Below, in pieces: positions 1 to 8,564 of a stretch of 64,000 nt of DNA (the first letter of the stretch is position 1; the number at the start of each line of letters is the position of its first letter). Made by a program: the position numbers and the translations under genes. Source of the DNA: a bacterium (GTDB lineage Bacteria > SM23-81 > DAOVCL01); NCBI GenBank assembly GCA_029932675.1, contig JAOZPP010000005.1, forward strand, positions 12,423-76,422, written 5' to 3'. Below the pieces are notes generated by a model. That model had not been told where the DNA came from. It did not search any database and worked only from the letters and a program-made list of their open reading frames with translations.

Positions 1-1
1 G

Positions 2-679
2 GGCAACCTCAAAGAAGACGGAGAACATACTTCTCCCCTTTTTTCTCACCTCAGGCCTTTCCCATTGGTGACCCCCCTGGACCTCTGCCCCCTCCGGAAC
101 CTGGATCTCGGATGGGCTTTTGTAAATAAGTTTCCCTTTTATCACTACGGAAGGGGCAAGGGTTATCTCCTTTGCCTCCAGATAGACATCCCCCCCAATT
201 GTTCCCCCGATGAAGATGGCCTGAGCGGCGATGTGCACATCTCCCCCGATGGTTCCGTTTAGCCTGACCTCCTGACATCCAACCCTCACTTCCCCTCCAA
301 TGGTTCCCCCTTCGGGCAGGGAAAAGGTTTGACAGCCTACTAAGAGATCACCTCCTACTTGGCCATTGACCCTAATCCGGCGACCTGCACCTCTTAGGTC
401 GTCTCCTATCTGGCCCGAAAGATCGATCTCCTCTGCTATAGCCCAAAGGTCGTGCTCTATCTCCCCCTTGATGGTTAACCCCCTGGCTATGGAGAGGAGA
501 TCTCCCCCCACAGTTCCACTTATCCTCACCGTCTCCCCGCTCACTATCGCATTCCCTGTCCACCTTTCTCCCTCGGCCAGGGAGACAGTCGCCCCCCCTC
601 TTAACTGAGTGGCATAGGTGTTTACGGGTACCCAGAAGAGGGTTAAGGCTAAAAACAGAAGTTTGCAGACTCCCCTCAT
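2..679 (-). CDS. Bactofilin-like (polymer-forming cytoskeletal) beta-helix protein with signal peptide, 3' end outside the window
   Basis: Not in the ORF track because it has no stop. Hand translation from ATG 679 (RBS AAGGAGG): MRGVCKLLFLALTLFWVPVNTYA, then repeats such as ISGTVGGDL, LSGQIGDDL, VNGQVGGDL, LNGTIGGDV, IGGTIGGDV; open to the window edge. Confidence 0.75.
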   Translation of the reverse strand, partial: MRGVCKLLFLALTLFWVPVNTYATQLRGGATVSLAEGERWTGNAIVSGETVRISGTVGGDLLSIARGLTIKGEIEHDLWAIAEEIDLSGQIGDDLRGAGRRIRVNGQVGGDLLVGCQTFSLPEGGTIGGEVRVGCQEVRLNGTIGGDVHIAAQAIFIGGTIGGDVYLEAKEITLAPSVVIKGKLIYKSPSEIQVPEGAEVQGGHQWERPEVRKKGRSMFSVFFEVA

Positions 680-837
680 TTTGCCTCCTTTCAAGAACTT
701 AGCTCGCTACGCTCGCCAAGCTCTCCACTGGGGTTATGCTCCTCTGATGCGCCGCAATCTTACGCTTATTCGGACAGCACTGGCTAAAGCAATTTGGCAT
801 CAGAGAGGAGCAAAGTCTGGGATTAACCTTGGATTAC

Positions 838-865
838 AATATAATAAAGCCCATTGAGAAAGCAA
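838..865 (-). promoter_or_regulatory. Putative sigma70 promoter
   Basis: TTGCTT-N16-TATATT about 150 nt upstream of ATG 679. Confidence 0.35.
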
Positions 866-998
866 CGATTTTTCGATAACTTGCACTATCCTTCCATTAA
901 AGGACAAAATAAGGGGGCAAAGCGGAGGGAGAAAATTTTAGGCACACCCACGAGACCGCGGATGTGCCCTTCACAGAGAGAAGCTGGGATAAGCCCGC

Positions 999-2417
999 TC
1001 ACTTAATCAACAACATCTTCCGCACTTCCTTTACCCTTTGCCCTCTGACTTTTAACCTGTAGATATAGACTCCACTGGCAACTGGGTTGCCCCCTGAGTC
1101 CTTACCGTCCCAGACGACAGAATATCCCCCAGGTCCTTTCTCCTCATCCACCAGGGTCCGCACCAACTGACCAGCAATGTTGTAGACTTTTAAACTAACG
1201 TAGCTCGTGCTCGTGGATCGTGCTCGTGAATCACCCTCCCCCGAACACGAGTAACTTTTGAGGGTGGCAGGGTAGAGACGATCTACGAACAACGAGTAAC
1301 GAACAACGGTTGTTGCATTAAACGGATTGGGGTAGTTCTGTTCCAAAGCAAATCGGCTGGGAAGGGGGACATCTTTGGCTTCGTCAACAAAATCCGCTCC
1401 GCCGTAGATGGCCATATCCTGAGCCCCATCGCCAAAGCCGTAGGTGGCCATCACCGAGTCATTTTGGGGAGAGAACTTCTGCACTGCGTCATCACCAAAA
1501 TTGCTCACCCAGATCACGTCCTCTCTATCATCGTAGAGAACCCTCATCGCCCCCTTGCCAATGCGGATTGGATTGTCCCGGCTATGGTAAACATCCCCAG
1601 TGTAGACATCATAGCTATAGAGGAAGCCACTTTTCTCATCGCCCCAGTCGGGGAGATAGCCTCTGCCCCCTTGGGTGATTGCTATGTCCCCTGGCCAACC
1701 GCCGAGCTCGACGGTATCCACCACCGCCGGTGTCGAATCCGGTCCTGCCCAGCGGTCTATAACACAGACCTTGCCGGCATTGGCCTCCCAGAGCCCTGAA
1801 CAGACCACATGGACCCTTCCATCTGGAGCCAGGGCCAGGTCCTGGGCGTTGCGGGGCATAGGAAGGGTTGTAGTCACCTCATCGGTAGCAAGATCAATAA
1901 CCGAGACCGAGGAAGGTGCAAAGTCTGGATGCCCTCCGCTGTTGGCCACAAAGGCCAGGTTATCCACCACCAAGATTCCCTCAGGCCCAACTCCAACGGG
2001 AATATCTTTCACCACTAAACCATTCTCTAAATCAACAACCGACACGGTATTTGCCAAGTAGTTGGTCACATAAGCCCTGTTAGAGCCAACAACTGCCATA
2101 AACCAGGGATTGCTCCCCTCGGCCAGGCCGATCCGCCTCTCCACCCCTTCATCTTGGGGATCGATCACCATAATCTCCGGCGGCGTGGAATTGACCACGT
2201 AGATCCTCTCTTCGAAGCCAACCACCTGATTGGGAATATCCCCCAGTTGGAGAAAATCATTGGTGATCTCAGAAGTCTCTAAGTTCATCTTGGAAAGGGT
2301 TCTCCCCAACCCATTTAGGACATATAAGGTGCGAGGGATATCCCCCCCGTAGAGAACGGAAGCCAAGCCAATCAGAGACAAAACCCTGATCATCAATAGG
2401 ATTTTTGTGCTTCTCAC
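999..2417 (-). CDS. Secreted YncE/YVTN beta-propeller (BtuG-like) with T9SS-type/FlgD-Ig CTD
   Basis: Signal peptide; blades AYVTNYLANTVSVVD, IPVGVGPEGI; CTD LEQNYPNPFN...WDGKD...SGVYIY...KMLLIK; start set at GTG 2417 behind AAGGAGG (ORF track uses 2453); last gene of the riboswitch operon. Confidence 0.8.
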   Translation of the reverse strand: MRSTKILLMIRVLSLIGLASVLYGGDIPRTLYVLNGLGRTLSKMNLETSEITNDFLQLGDIPNQVVGFEERIYVVNSTPPEIMVIDPQDEGVERRIGLAEGSNPWFMAVVGSNRAYVTNYLANTVSVVDLENGLVVKDIPVGVGPEGILVVDNLAFVANSGGHPDFAPSSVSVIDLATDEVTTTLPMPRNAQDLALAPDGRVHVVCSGLWEANAGKVCVIDRWAGPDSTPAVVDTVELGGWPGDIAITQGGRGYLPDWGDEKSGFLYSYDVYTGDVYHSRDNPIRIGKGAMRVLYDDREDVIWVSNFGDDAVQKFSPQNDSVMATYGFGDGAQDMAIYGGADFVDEAKDVPLPSRFALEQNYPNPFNATTVVRYSLFVDRLYPATLKSYSCSGEGDSRARSTSTSYVSLKVYNIAGQLVRTLVDEEKGPGGYSVVWDGKDSGGNPVASGVYIYRLKVRGQRVKEVRKMLLIK

Positions 2418-2601
2418 AGCCCCCTCCTTTTTGTATGCACTGAAGGAAAGCAAAAAGACCTAAAGATTTGCCCCTCCTCCGCCGGAATCGCGGATAAAAG
2501 CAGTCTTCATAGTGGGGCAAGGCCGTAACCCAATAATTCACCGCAGAGGACGCTTTAAAGGTTCTTACCACTCTGGTCACTAAATGGATTATGGGCCATT
2601 G

Positions 2602-2671
2602 CGAGCCCCGTTAGATATCAATGATGGTTCGCTGAACTCCAAGATTGGCAGAAATTATCTAACGGGGCGAG
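2602..2671. mobile_element. Miniature inverted-repeat element
   Basis: GCCCCGTTAGATA (2605-2617) and TATCTAACGGGGC (2656-2668) form a perfect 13-bp IR; CGAG directly repeated on both flanks. Confidence 0.55.
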
Positions 2672-2804
2672 CGAATAAAGTGCGGTAGAAGTTGATACTT
2701 TGAGCAACCCAAAATTGGAGTACAAAGCCGGTGGGGATTTATGAATAATTCGGATCCATCAGGGCAGAGCCCTACCAGCACAGGGAGACTTTGGAGCATA
2801 CGAA

Positions 2805-5045
2805 TTATTCAGCCCGATAATCCCATTTTAAGGCCCTCTTCAGGGTCAGCCCGATCCTCCACTCCCGTGGGGGGAGGGGGGCTCTTTCCATAATCTGGTA
2901 TTTCACATTCCTTAGGTTGTATATCGAGCCCCTGATCTGAACATCCACCCCCTTGATCCTTGGCTTCACCCCAACGGTGAGATCATCCACCTCATAGCCA
3001 GGCATCTCTACGGTGTTGGCCTCGGTGACGAATCTCTCACCGATTAGCCTCCGCCGGTATTGGAGTTGGAAGATCCGGTAGTTCAAATCCACTCCGATCC
3101 TGACACTCCTGCGAAGACGGTAAGGAAGGTCCCTGTTGTGAGTGGTCCTCTCCCCGCTTTTGTTGATCGGCTTAAGATGAGTCCGACTCCAGCGCAAGCC
3201 AAAGATCTCGTCAGGACTCTGCCAGCTCAGCTCGTACTCCTCTCCAGATATCTCAGCATTGGTATTAAAGGGAGAGAAGGTGGCAAAGGAGCCCAGCCTC
3301 CAAATTATGAGGTCATCCACCTTGTTGTAAAAATGGGTGAGTTCTGCTTGAAGTTCACCCCAGATATGCCACTTGATGCTTACTCCGAGTTCGAAGGAGA
3401 AGGACTTTTCGGGTTTCAGGTCCGGCTTGCCCTTAACCCGATACTCCTGGTAGAATAGATCAGCGAAAGTCGGGGGACGAAATGAACGACCGAGATTAGC
3501 CTTAAGCCCAATTCTATTCAGCTTGCCTCGCCAAAGAAGTAGGCCTAGCTTGGGACTCCATTGCCTCTCATACTCACTTGCCTCTTTATTTTTAATGCGG
3601 ATCCGATCGTAGCGTAGCGCTGAGGTCAATAGCCCCTGTTTAAACCCTATAGGAAAAGGAAACTTTAATTCATCATAGAGCCAGATCCCATGGGTGTAAT
3701 CCCTGGTCTCCCCTATCGGTTCATTAGAGGGCTGAATTAGATCCTCATCGGTATAGTGGGTCCAGTTCCCTTCGTAGCCGAAGCGAAGGGTCCCCAACCC
3801 CTGCAGGAAAACCTGGGTGGTAAATCTTAGCTGGTAGTCGGTCAGCCAACTTTTAGAGTGATATCGAGGGACAGTGCGATACCGCAGAGGGACATCAGGA
3901 GGGTAGATGTGCCTGTATTCTGTGGTTGATCTGTGATAGCTCAGGTGAATATCTGCTTGCACCCGCCTCCAATGGGCGCCACAGTGACCTCCCAAGATGT
4001 TCCGATCTGTCTTCGCCCTGGCATAAGGGGTGAGGCCAAAGATCAATCCCGGCAATCCCCGCTCTGAGCGGAACCGATAACCGTGTAGTTCAAATTCGTA
4101 ACTTCCCCATTGGTAACTGAACTTACCAAACCCACAGTTGGAGAAGAAGTCAGCGTTAATCCGATCTTCCTTAATCGTGGTTCCATCCGGTCGCTCGTAG
4201 GAGTAGGGGTAATCCCCCTCGCTTTTCTGCTGTTCAAAGGAGACAAAATACCCCAGTCTCTTCAGACTACCAGAGAAAGTTGGGGCCCAGTTAGTTGTGC
4301 CATATGCCCCGACTTCCCCCTGTAGGGTTATCTGGGACTGGGATGGCTTCCTGGTTAGGATATTGATGACGCCACCGATGGCCCCAGCACCGAAACGGGC
4401 CGAGCTCCCTCCCTTGATGACCTCGATCCTCTCCACCATTCTCAAGGGGATATTGGTCAGATCCACCTCTCCGATTAGAGCATCGTTGAGTTTGATGCCA
4501 TCCAGCAGAACCAGCACCTGGTTTGGGCGACTGCCGCGGATGGAAACCGTCTTCTCCCCATCCTTCTCCTGAATCTCCACCCCTGGAACCTGCTGGAGGA
4601 TCTCCCCTAAGTTTTGAGCATTGCTTTGTTCGATATCCTTGGCCGTGATGATTACCACCGAGGTTGGCTGTTCCTCTGGAATGCGACTACCAATGACGGT
4701 AATACAGGGCAGGTTAATAACCTTGGGTTGAAGATCGAAATCAACCTCCACAGGACGATCCAGGCCCACCTTAACTCCAGACTTGGTCTGGCTCTCATAC
4801 CCTATATAGCTGGCGGTTATGGTGTATTCGCCCACGAAGAGGTTCTCGATCACCCATCGACCGCATTCATCTGAGGAGGTCCCCAGGCCGGTGCCCTCCA
4901 CCACGATATTGGCTCCATAGAGGGGCTTGTGGGTGGTTCGATCCCGAACCACCCCCGTTATCTTCACCACCGACTGGCACCAGCCTGAGGTAAAGGTCAG
5001 AAGGATCAGAAGAGCAATCCTTGATAGGTGGATAAGCTGTTTCAT
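2805..5045 (-). CDS. btuB: TonB-dependent receptor, probably cobalamin (BtuB-like), with N-terminal carboxypeptidase-regulatory-like domain
   Basis: Signal peptide; plug motifs SIRGS, VLVLLDG, VERIEVIKGGSSARFGAGAIGGVINI; barrel motifs FRPPTFADL, LKPEKS; substrate inferred from the upstream riboswitch. Confidence 0.8.
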   Translation of the reverse strand: MKQLIHLSRIALLILLTFTSGWCQSVVKITGVVRDRTTHKPLYGANIVVEGTGLGTSSDECGRWVIENLFVGEYTITASYIGYESQTKSGVKVGLDRPVEVDFDLQPKVINLPCITVIGSRIPEEQPTSVVIITAKDIEQSNAQNLGEILQQVPGVEIQEKDGEKTVSIRGSRPNQVLVLLDGIKLNDALIGEVDLTNIPLRMVERIEVIKGGSSARFGAGAIGGVINILTRKPSQSQITLQGEVGAYGTTNWAPTFSGSLKRLGYFVSFEQQKSEGDYPYSYERPDGTTIKEDRINADFFSNCGFGKFSYQWGSYEFELHGYRFRSERGLPGLIFGLTPYARAKTDRNILGGHCGAHWRRVQADIHLSYHRSTTEYRHIYPPDVPLRYRTVPRYHSKSWLTDYQLRFTTQVFLQGLGTLRFGYEGNWTHYTDEDLIQPSNEPIGETRDYTHGIWLYDELKFPFPIGFKQGLLTSALRYDRIRIKNKEASEYERQWSPKLGLLLWRGKLNRIGLKANLGRSFRPPTFADLFYQEYRVKGKPDLKPEKSFSFELGVSIKWHIWGELQAELTHFYNKVDDLIIWRLGSFATFSPFNTNAEISGEEYELSWQSPDEIFGLRWSRTHLKPINKSGERTTHNRDLPYRLRRSVRIGVDLNYRIFQLQYRRRLIGERFVTEANTVEMPGYEVDDLTVGVKPRIKGVDVQIRGSIYNLRNVKYQIMERAPLPPREWRIGLTLKRALKWDYRAE

Positions 5046-5056
5046 CGGCGAGGCTT

Positions 5057-6382
5057 CTATCGCAGAAGAACCATCCTTCTTGCCTGGATGAAATCTCCAG
5101 CTTCGAGGTGGCAGAAGTAAACCCCGCTGGCAAAATCTGAGGCATACCAGGAGACGCTCTTCTGCCCTGCTTTCTGGTATTCATCCACCAAAGTGGCCAC
5201 CCGCTGGCCCAGCAGGTTATAGATTTCCAGTTTGACCCAACAGCCTTTTGGCAAGCCATAGGCGATCTGGGTGACTGGGTTGAAGGGATTGGGATAATTC
5301 TGCAGAAGCGCAAAACCTCGGGGAACTAAATCCTCCTCCTCTGCCACCCAGGTGGAATCGCTGGCAGGACGGATAGCTATGGACACCGGGCCATCGCCGA
5401 CCGAGAAGGTCCACACCACCACATCGTTGGTATCTATCTGGGAGACGGTATTGGCCATAAAGTTACAGGAGTAGGCGTAGTTATCCTTGTCACAGCCAAT
5501 TCCCAAAGCACCCTTTCCCACCAGAATGGGATTATCCGGGCCGCGCAGCACCTGGTTGGTTTCGGTATCAAAAGTGTAGACAAAACCGTGGTCGCTGGGG
5601 TACCAGCCTCCGGCCGCCAGATAAGCTATGCCCCGAGGGCTAATGGCTATGGCTGTTGGGGCTCCGCCGATAGCGATGCTGTCTACGACAGAGTCGCTTA
5701 CCGTATTGATCACATATATCCTTCCTGGGATCGACCAGTAGTCTCCGGTGCAGACGACATTCAGCTCACCGTCTTGGTCTAAGGCCAGGTCCTGTGGATT
5801 GGTGCCCACATCGATAACCTTTACCACCGAGTCTGTGGTTGACTCGATGACGGAGACAGTCCCCTGCCCGTAGGTTCCCGTTAAAGTATCCCACTCCGTG
5901 TTGGTTACATAGACCTTATCCCCTACCACAGCCACCCCCTCCGGACCAACTCCGACGGCTATTTGATCGATGACCTCTCGGGTGTTGACATTCACCACCG
6001 AAACCGAGTCGATGTTGAAGTCGGTCACATAGGCAATGCTATCGTTGAGAAAGGCCATATGCCAGGGGTTGCTGTAGGGCTGGGTCATCTCAATGTATCC
6101 CTCAGTGCTGTCTGCATCCAGGTTGATGATCTGGATGTTGTTCGATGTGCGATCTGAGTTGATCACATAACCTTTGTTCCCCCTTATCACAATCTGATTG
6201 GGGGTCTTCCCCACGTCCACCACATCGTTGAAGACCTCGTTTGTCTCCAAATTGATGCGAGATAGGCTCTCCGACGATGTCGCCCCATTCACCACCCAGG
6301 CTGTCTTTGGATTCCCTGCGATGGAGCTTGTTACGGCAACTCCAATGATCAGAATCCCTGCAAGAAATAGACTACCCTTCAT
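5057..6382 (-). CDS. Secreted YncE/YVTN beta-propeller (BtuG-like) with T9SS-type CTD
   Basis: Probable start ATG 6382 (MKGSLFLAG signal peptide); AYVTD, VGVGPEGV, VYVTN blades; LLQNYPNPFN...RRMVLLR; paralog of 999-2417. Confidence 0.8.
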   Translation of the reverse strand: MKGSLFLAGILIIGVAVTSSIAGNPKTAWVVNGATSSESLSRINLETNEVFNDVVDVGKTPNQIVIRGNKGYVINSDRTSNNIQIINLDADSTEGYIEMTQPYSNPWHMAFLNDSIAYVTDFNIDSVSVVNVNTREVIDQIAVGVGPEGVAVVGDKVYVTNTEWDTLTGTYGQGTVSVIESTTDSVVKVIDVGTNPQDLALDQDGELNVVCTGDYWSIPGRIYVINTVSDSVVDSIAIGGAPTAIAISPRGIAYLAAGGWYPSDHGFVYTFDTETNQVLRGPDNPILVGKGALGIGCDKDNYAYSCNFMANTVSQIDTNDVVVWTFSVGDGPVSIAIRPASDSTWVAEEEDLVPRGFALLQNYPNPFNPVTQIAYGLPKGCWVKLEIYNLLGQRVATLVDEYQKAGQKSVSWYASDFASGVYFCHLEAGDFIQARRMVLLR

Positions 6383-6627
6383 AGTCTTTCTCCCTTCCAG
6401 TTTGAGGTTAATGTTGGGCTCCGAAGCCAGAGCACTATCTTTCAAATATGCATTCTATCACCCCCTCGCTTTGAGACTGTCTGCCTATTACAAAACTGGT
6501 AAGACAAGGGATTGGAAACCTTATTATGGCGATGGAGCCCCATCTTGCGGCTTCGACAAATTGAACCCCTGGTATACACCGAACTTGGCTCCTCAAGGTT
6601 GTGTGGGGCGGCCTCTGTCTCATCTCT

Positions 6628-7611
6628 CTATCTGATCAGCACAAGTCTCCTCGTCCTTTCAGCTTTCGGCTTTCGGCTTTCAGCTTTCAGCCCTATCACT
6701 TCTAACCTACATAGATACACCCCGCTGGCCAACTCTCCCCCCAGGTTGTCTTTTCCATCCCAGATTACGGTATATTCTCCGGGCGACTGTTGTTCATCCA
6801 CCAGGGTCCTCACCTCCTGGCCTAAGATGTTGTAGACCCGGAGGGTGACGGCGGTCTGCGGACGGCCGACGGCCGACAGACGGTAGCGGATGAGGGTGGA
6901 GGAGTTAAACGGATTGGGGTAATTTTGGGCCAAGAGAAAGGAGCCTGGTAGGTTTTTCTCATCACCCCCCCTGCACCCACTCGATGAGTGGATGGCAACA
7001 ATGGCATCCAGATCGAAGGAGGGGCCTGAATCCTGAACCAGGCTGTCCGCATCGGTAACCCTGACAAAACGAGCAGAGGGCAAACCCACCTCGGCTAAGT
7101 CGAAGGAGTCTCCCCCAGAGACAGTCGGATCAGTGGGATCCGCGGCCCCATTGGTGGGAGTCACCCCGGCCAATCCGGCGAAGGTTTTGGGATCATAGGG
7201 AAACTCAATGAAGTCAATCCCATCCTGGCTAACTGCCACTATTCCCGTCTCGGCATAGGACTTGGTGGTATCTCCTCCTATATAGAAGGGGTTTTCGAAG
7301 ACGGTGAAATCGGGGCCTTCCTTGTCCACTATGATGTTGTCAATAAATTCCAAAATGATACTCCCACCTGTTCCCAGGGACAAAAGTTCCCGAGGGCTAC
7401 TACTGGGGCTGGTAGATGTGGCCATTGAATCCGGTGGCCCGAGCACATTGCCCGGAAAATATGGCTCTCCGAAACCGGCTCCCGGCCCGGGAGAAAAAGC
7501 AACCACGGAATCGGCCCAGGGGTCACCAAGATCCTGTGGCAAACCCTCCGAAAAGGGGTAAGATATTGCCAACAGGATAAGCATCCCGATTAAGGTTCTA
7601 CCTCTTCCCAT
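6628..7611 (-). CDS. Secreted cell-surface protein (possibly BtuH-like B12-binding domain) with T9SS-type/FlgD-Ig CTD
   Basis: Signal peptide; LSLGTGGSIILEF..DFTVFENPF..ETGIVAVSQDG..GGDSFDLA; LAQNYPNPFN CTD; first gene after the riboswitch. BtuH likeness is from recalled motifs and is not verified. Confidence 0.65.
   Translation of the reverse strand: MGRGRTLIGMLILLAISYPFSEGLPQDLGDPWADSVVAFSPGPGAGFGEPYFPGNVLGPPDSMATSTSPSSSPRELLSLGTGGSIILEFIDNIIVDKEGPDFTVFENPFYIGGDTTKSYAETGIVAVSQDGIDFIEFPYDPKTFAGLAGVTPTNGAADPTDPTVSGGDSFDLAEVGLPSARFVRVTDADSLVQDSGPSFDLDAIVAIHSSSGCRGGDEKNLPGSFLLAQNYPNPFNSSTLIRYRLSAVGRPQTAVTLRVYNILGQEVRTLVDEQQSPGEYTVIWDGKDNLGGELASGVYLCRLEVIGLKAESRKPKAERTRRLVLIR
6656..6690. repeat. 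Heptamer tandem repeat (CTTTCRG)x5 inside coding sequence
   Basis: ctttcag ctttcgg ctttcgg ctttcag ctttcag; encodes LKAESRKPKAER in the CTD. Confidence 0.85.
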
Positions 7612-7858
7612 TGTCTGCCTCCTCTGACAAACATTGTTTTAGATCCCAAGTTTTACAGAGTTTTTCATAGAAACCGCAGATTCACGCAAATGGACGCAGA
7701 TTCTACCGCACTTTAGTGCGGGTTCAGAAACTGAGAAGAGTGAGATTGCTCGTCGCAGAGCCTGTGCTGAGAGGGATCAAAGCGCTCCTCGCCAAGACCC
7801 ATCCCTTTGCCTGTCATTGCGAGTCCCGAGCGGGTGGGTGCCCTTAGCTGATGGTACT

Positions 7859-7886
7859 GGTGGCAGAATCGGGGTTCTTCCACCTC
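7859..7886. repeat. Dispersed REP-like palindrome, copy 1
   Basis: GGTGGCAGAATCGGGGTTCTTCCACCTC; related copies at 48846 and 56530. Confidence 0.7.
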
Positions 7887-7981
7887 GGTAATAACTTTCT
7901 AATTTCCATTTTCGCCTCGATTTGCGGCTTTGCTGCGCTATGTCTATCTGGGTTCATCCGTGGTTGGCTATTATTTGAAAT

Positions 7982-8018
7982 AAAAAACCCGACCTTCTTA
8001 GGAAGAAAGTCGGGTTTT
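7982..8018 (-). terminator. Intrinsic terminator, riboswitch expression platform
   Basis: Minus strand AAAACCCGACTTTCTT-CCT-AAGAAGGTCGGGTTTTTT, about 50 nt downstream of the aptamer. Confidence 0.8.
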
Positions 8019-8067
8019 ACCCGGATACTCCGAACCTCACCCTCGAAGGTTTCTGGAATTCCAAACG

Positions 8068-8268
8068 AACCCGGCAGGTTTCCTGACTTAGGGCTTCAAA
8101 CCTACTCACCAGACCTTCCCATTCCGACTTCGGTCAGAACAGTGGTTCTCTTAAGTCATCAGGCCTAATCGCCTGAATGACTTGGCTGGCTTTCGTAGCC
8201 CATCACAGTAGCGGGGCTGTGACGGATTCTCACCGTCTTCCCTTTTACCCTGATAAGGCACCGGGAAC
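8068..8268 (-). promoter_or_regulatory. Cobalamin riboswitch
   Basis: Minus strand GGTGCC...AAAAGGGAAGACGGTGAGAATCCGTC-ACAGCCCCGCTACTGTGA...ACCACTG...TGGGAAGG...AAGTCAGGAAACCTGCCGGG (B12 box); upstream of a TonB receptor operon. Confidence 0.95.
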
Positions 8269-8293
8269 ACAAGATTTACCAAAGAACAAACTC

Positions 8294-8321
8294 AATATAG
8301 CAGACTCTCAGCAGAAGTCAA
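8294..8321 (-). promoter_or_regulatory. sigma70 promoter of the B12 operon
   Basis: TTGACT-N16-TATATT with extended TGn, immediately upstream of the riboswitch. Confidence 0.65.
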
Positions 8322-8515
8322 GGGTTTTTTGGGGCCAAAAGTTCCCGCCAAGTGCTTAGCTCGAGTTATTTATACACCCCAGGCCTGAAAATTTAGTCTC
8401 TTTGGGAAGGAATTTTTTTCCCATTATCCATCCTTTTGGCGTGAAAGGAAAAAAGAGTGGTTTTTTAACTCCCAGAAATTCAAGGAGATAGAAAAAAACC
8501 AAGGGGAATATATCT

Positions 8516-8531
8516 TGGTATGGTTTTTGTA
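8516..8531 (+). promoter_or_regulatory. Putative sigma54 promoter of the flagellar operon
   Basis: TGGTATGGTTTTTGTA versus consensus TGGCACG-N4-TTGCW; correct spacing, GT instead of GC at -12; 33 nt before flgC ATG. Confidence 0.45.
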
Positions 8532-8564
8532 TAGACCTCCATCGATGAAAACCAAGGAGAGGAG

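Noticed and set aside
51..857. Short ORFs 51-278, 65-262, 366-608, 372-563, 618-857
   Set aside because: Shadow or alternate frames of the stop-less minus-strand gene starting at 679
7851..8359. Plus-strand ORFs 7851-8168 and 8177-8359
   Set aside because: Antisense to the riboswitch, attenuator and promoter; no recognisable protein features
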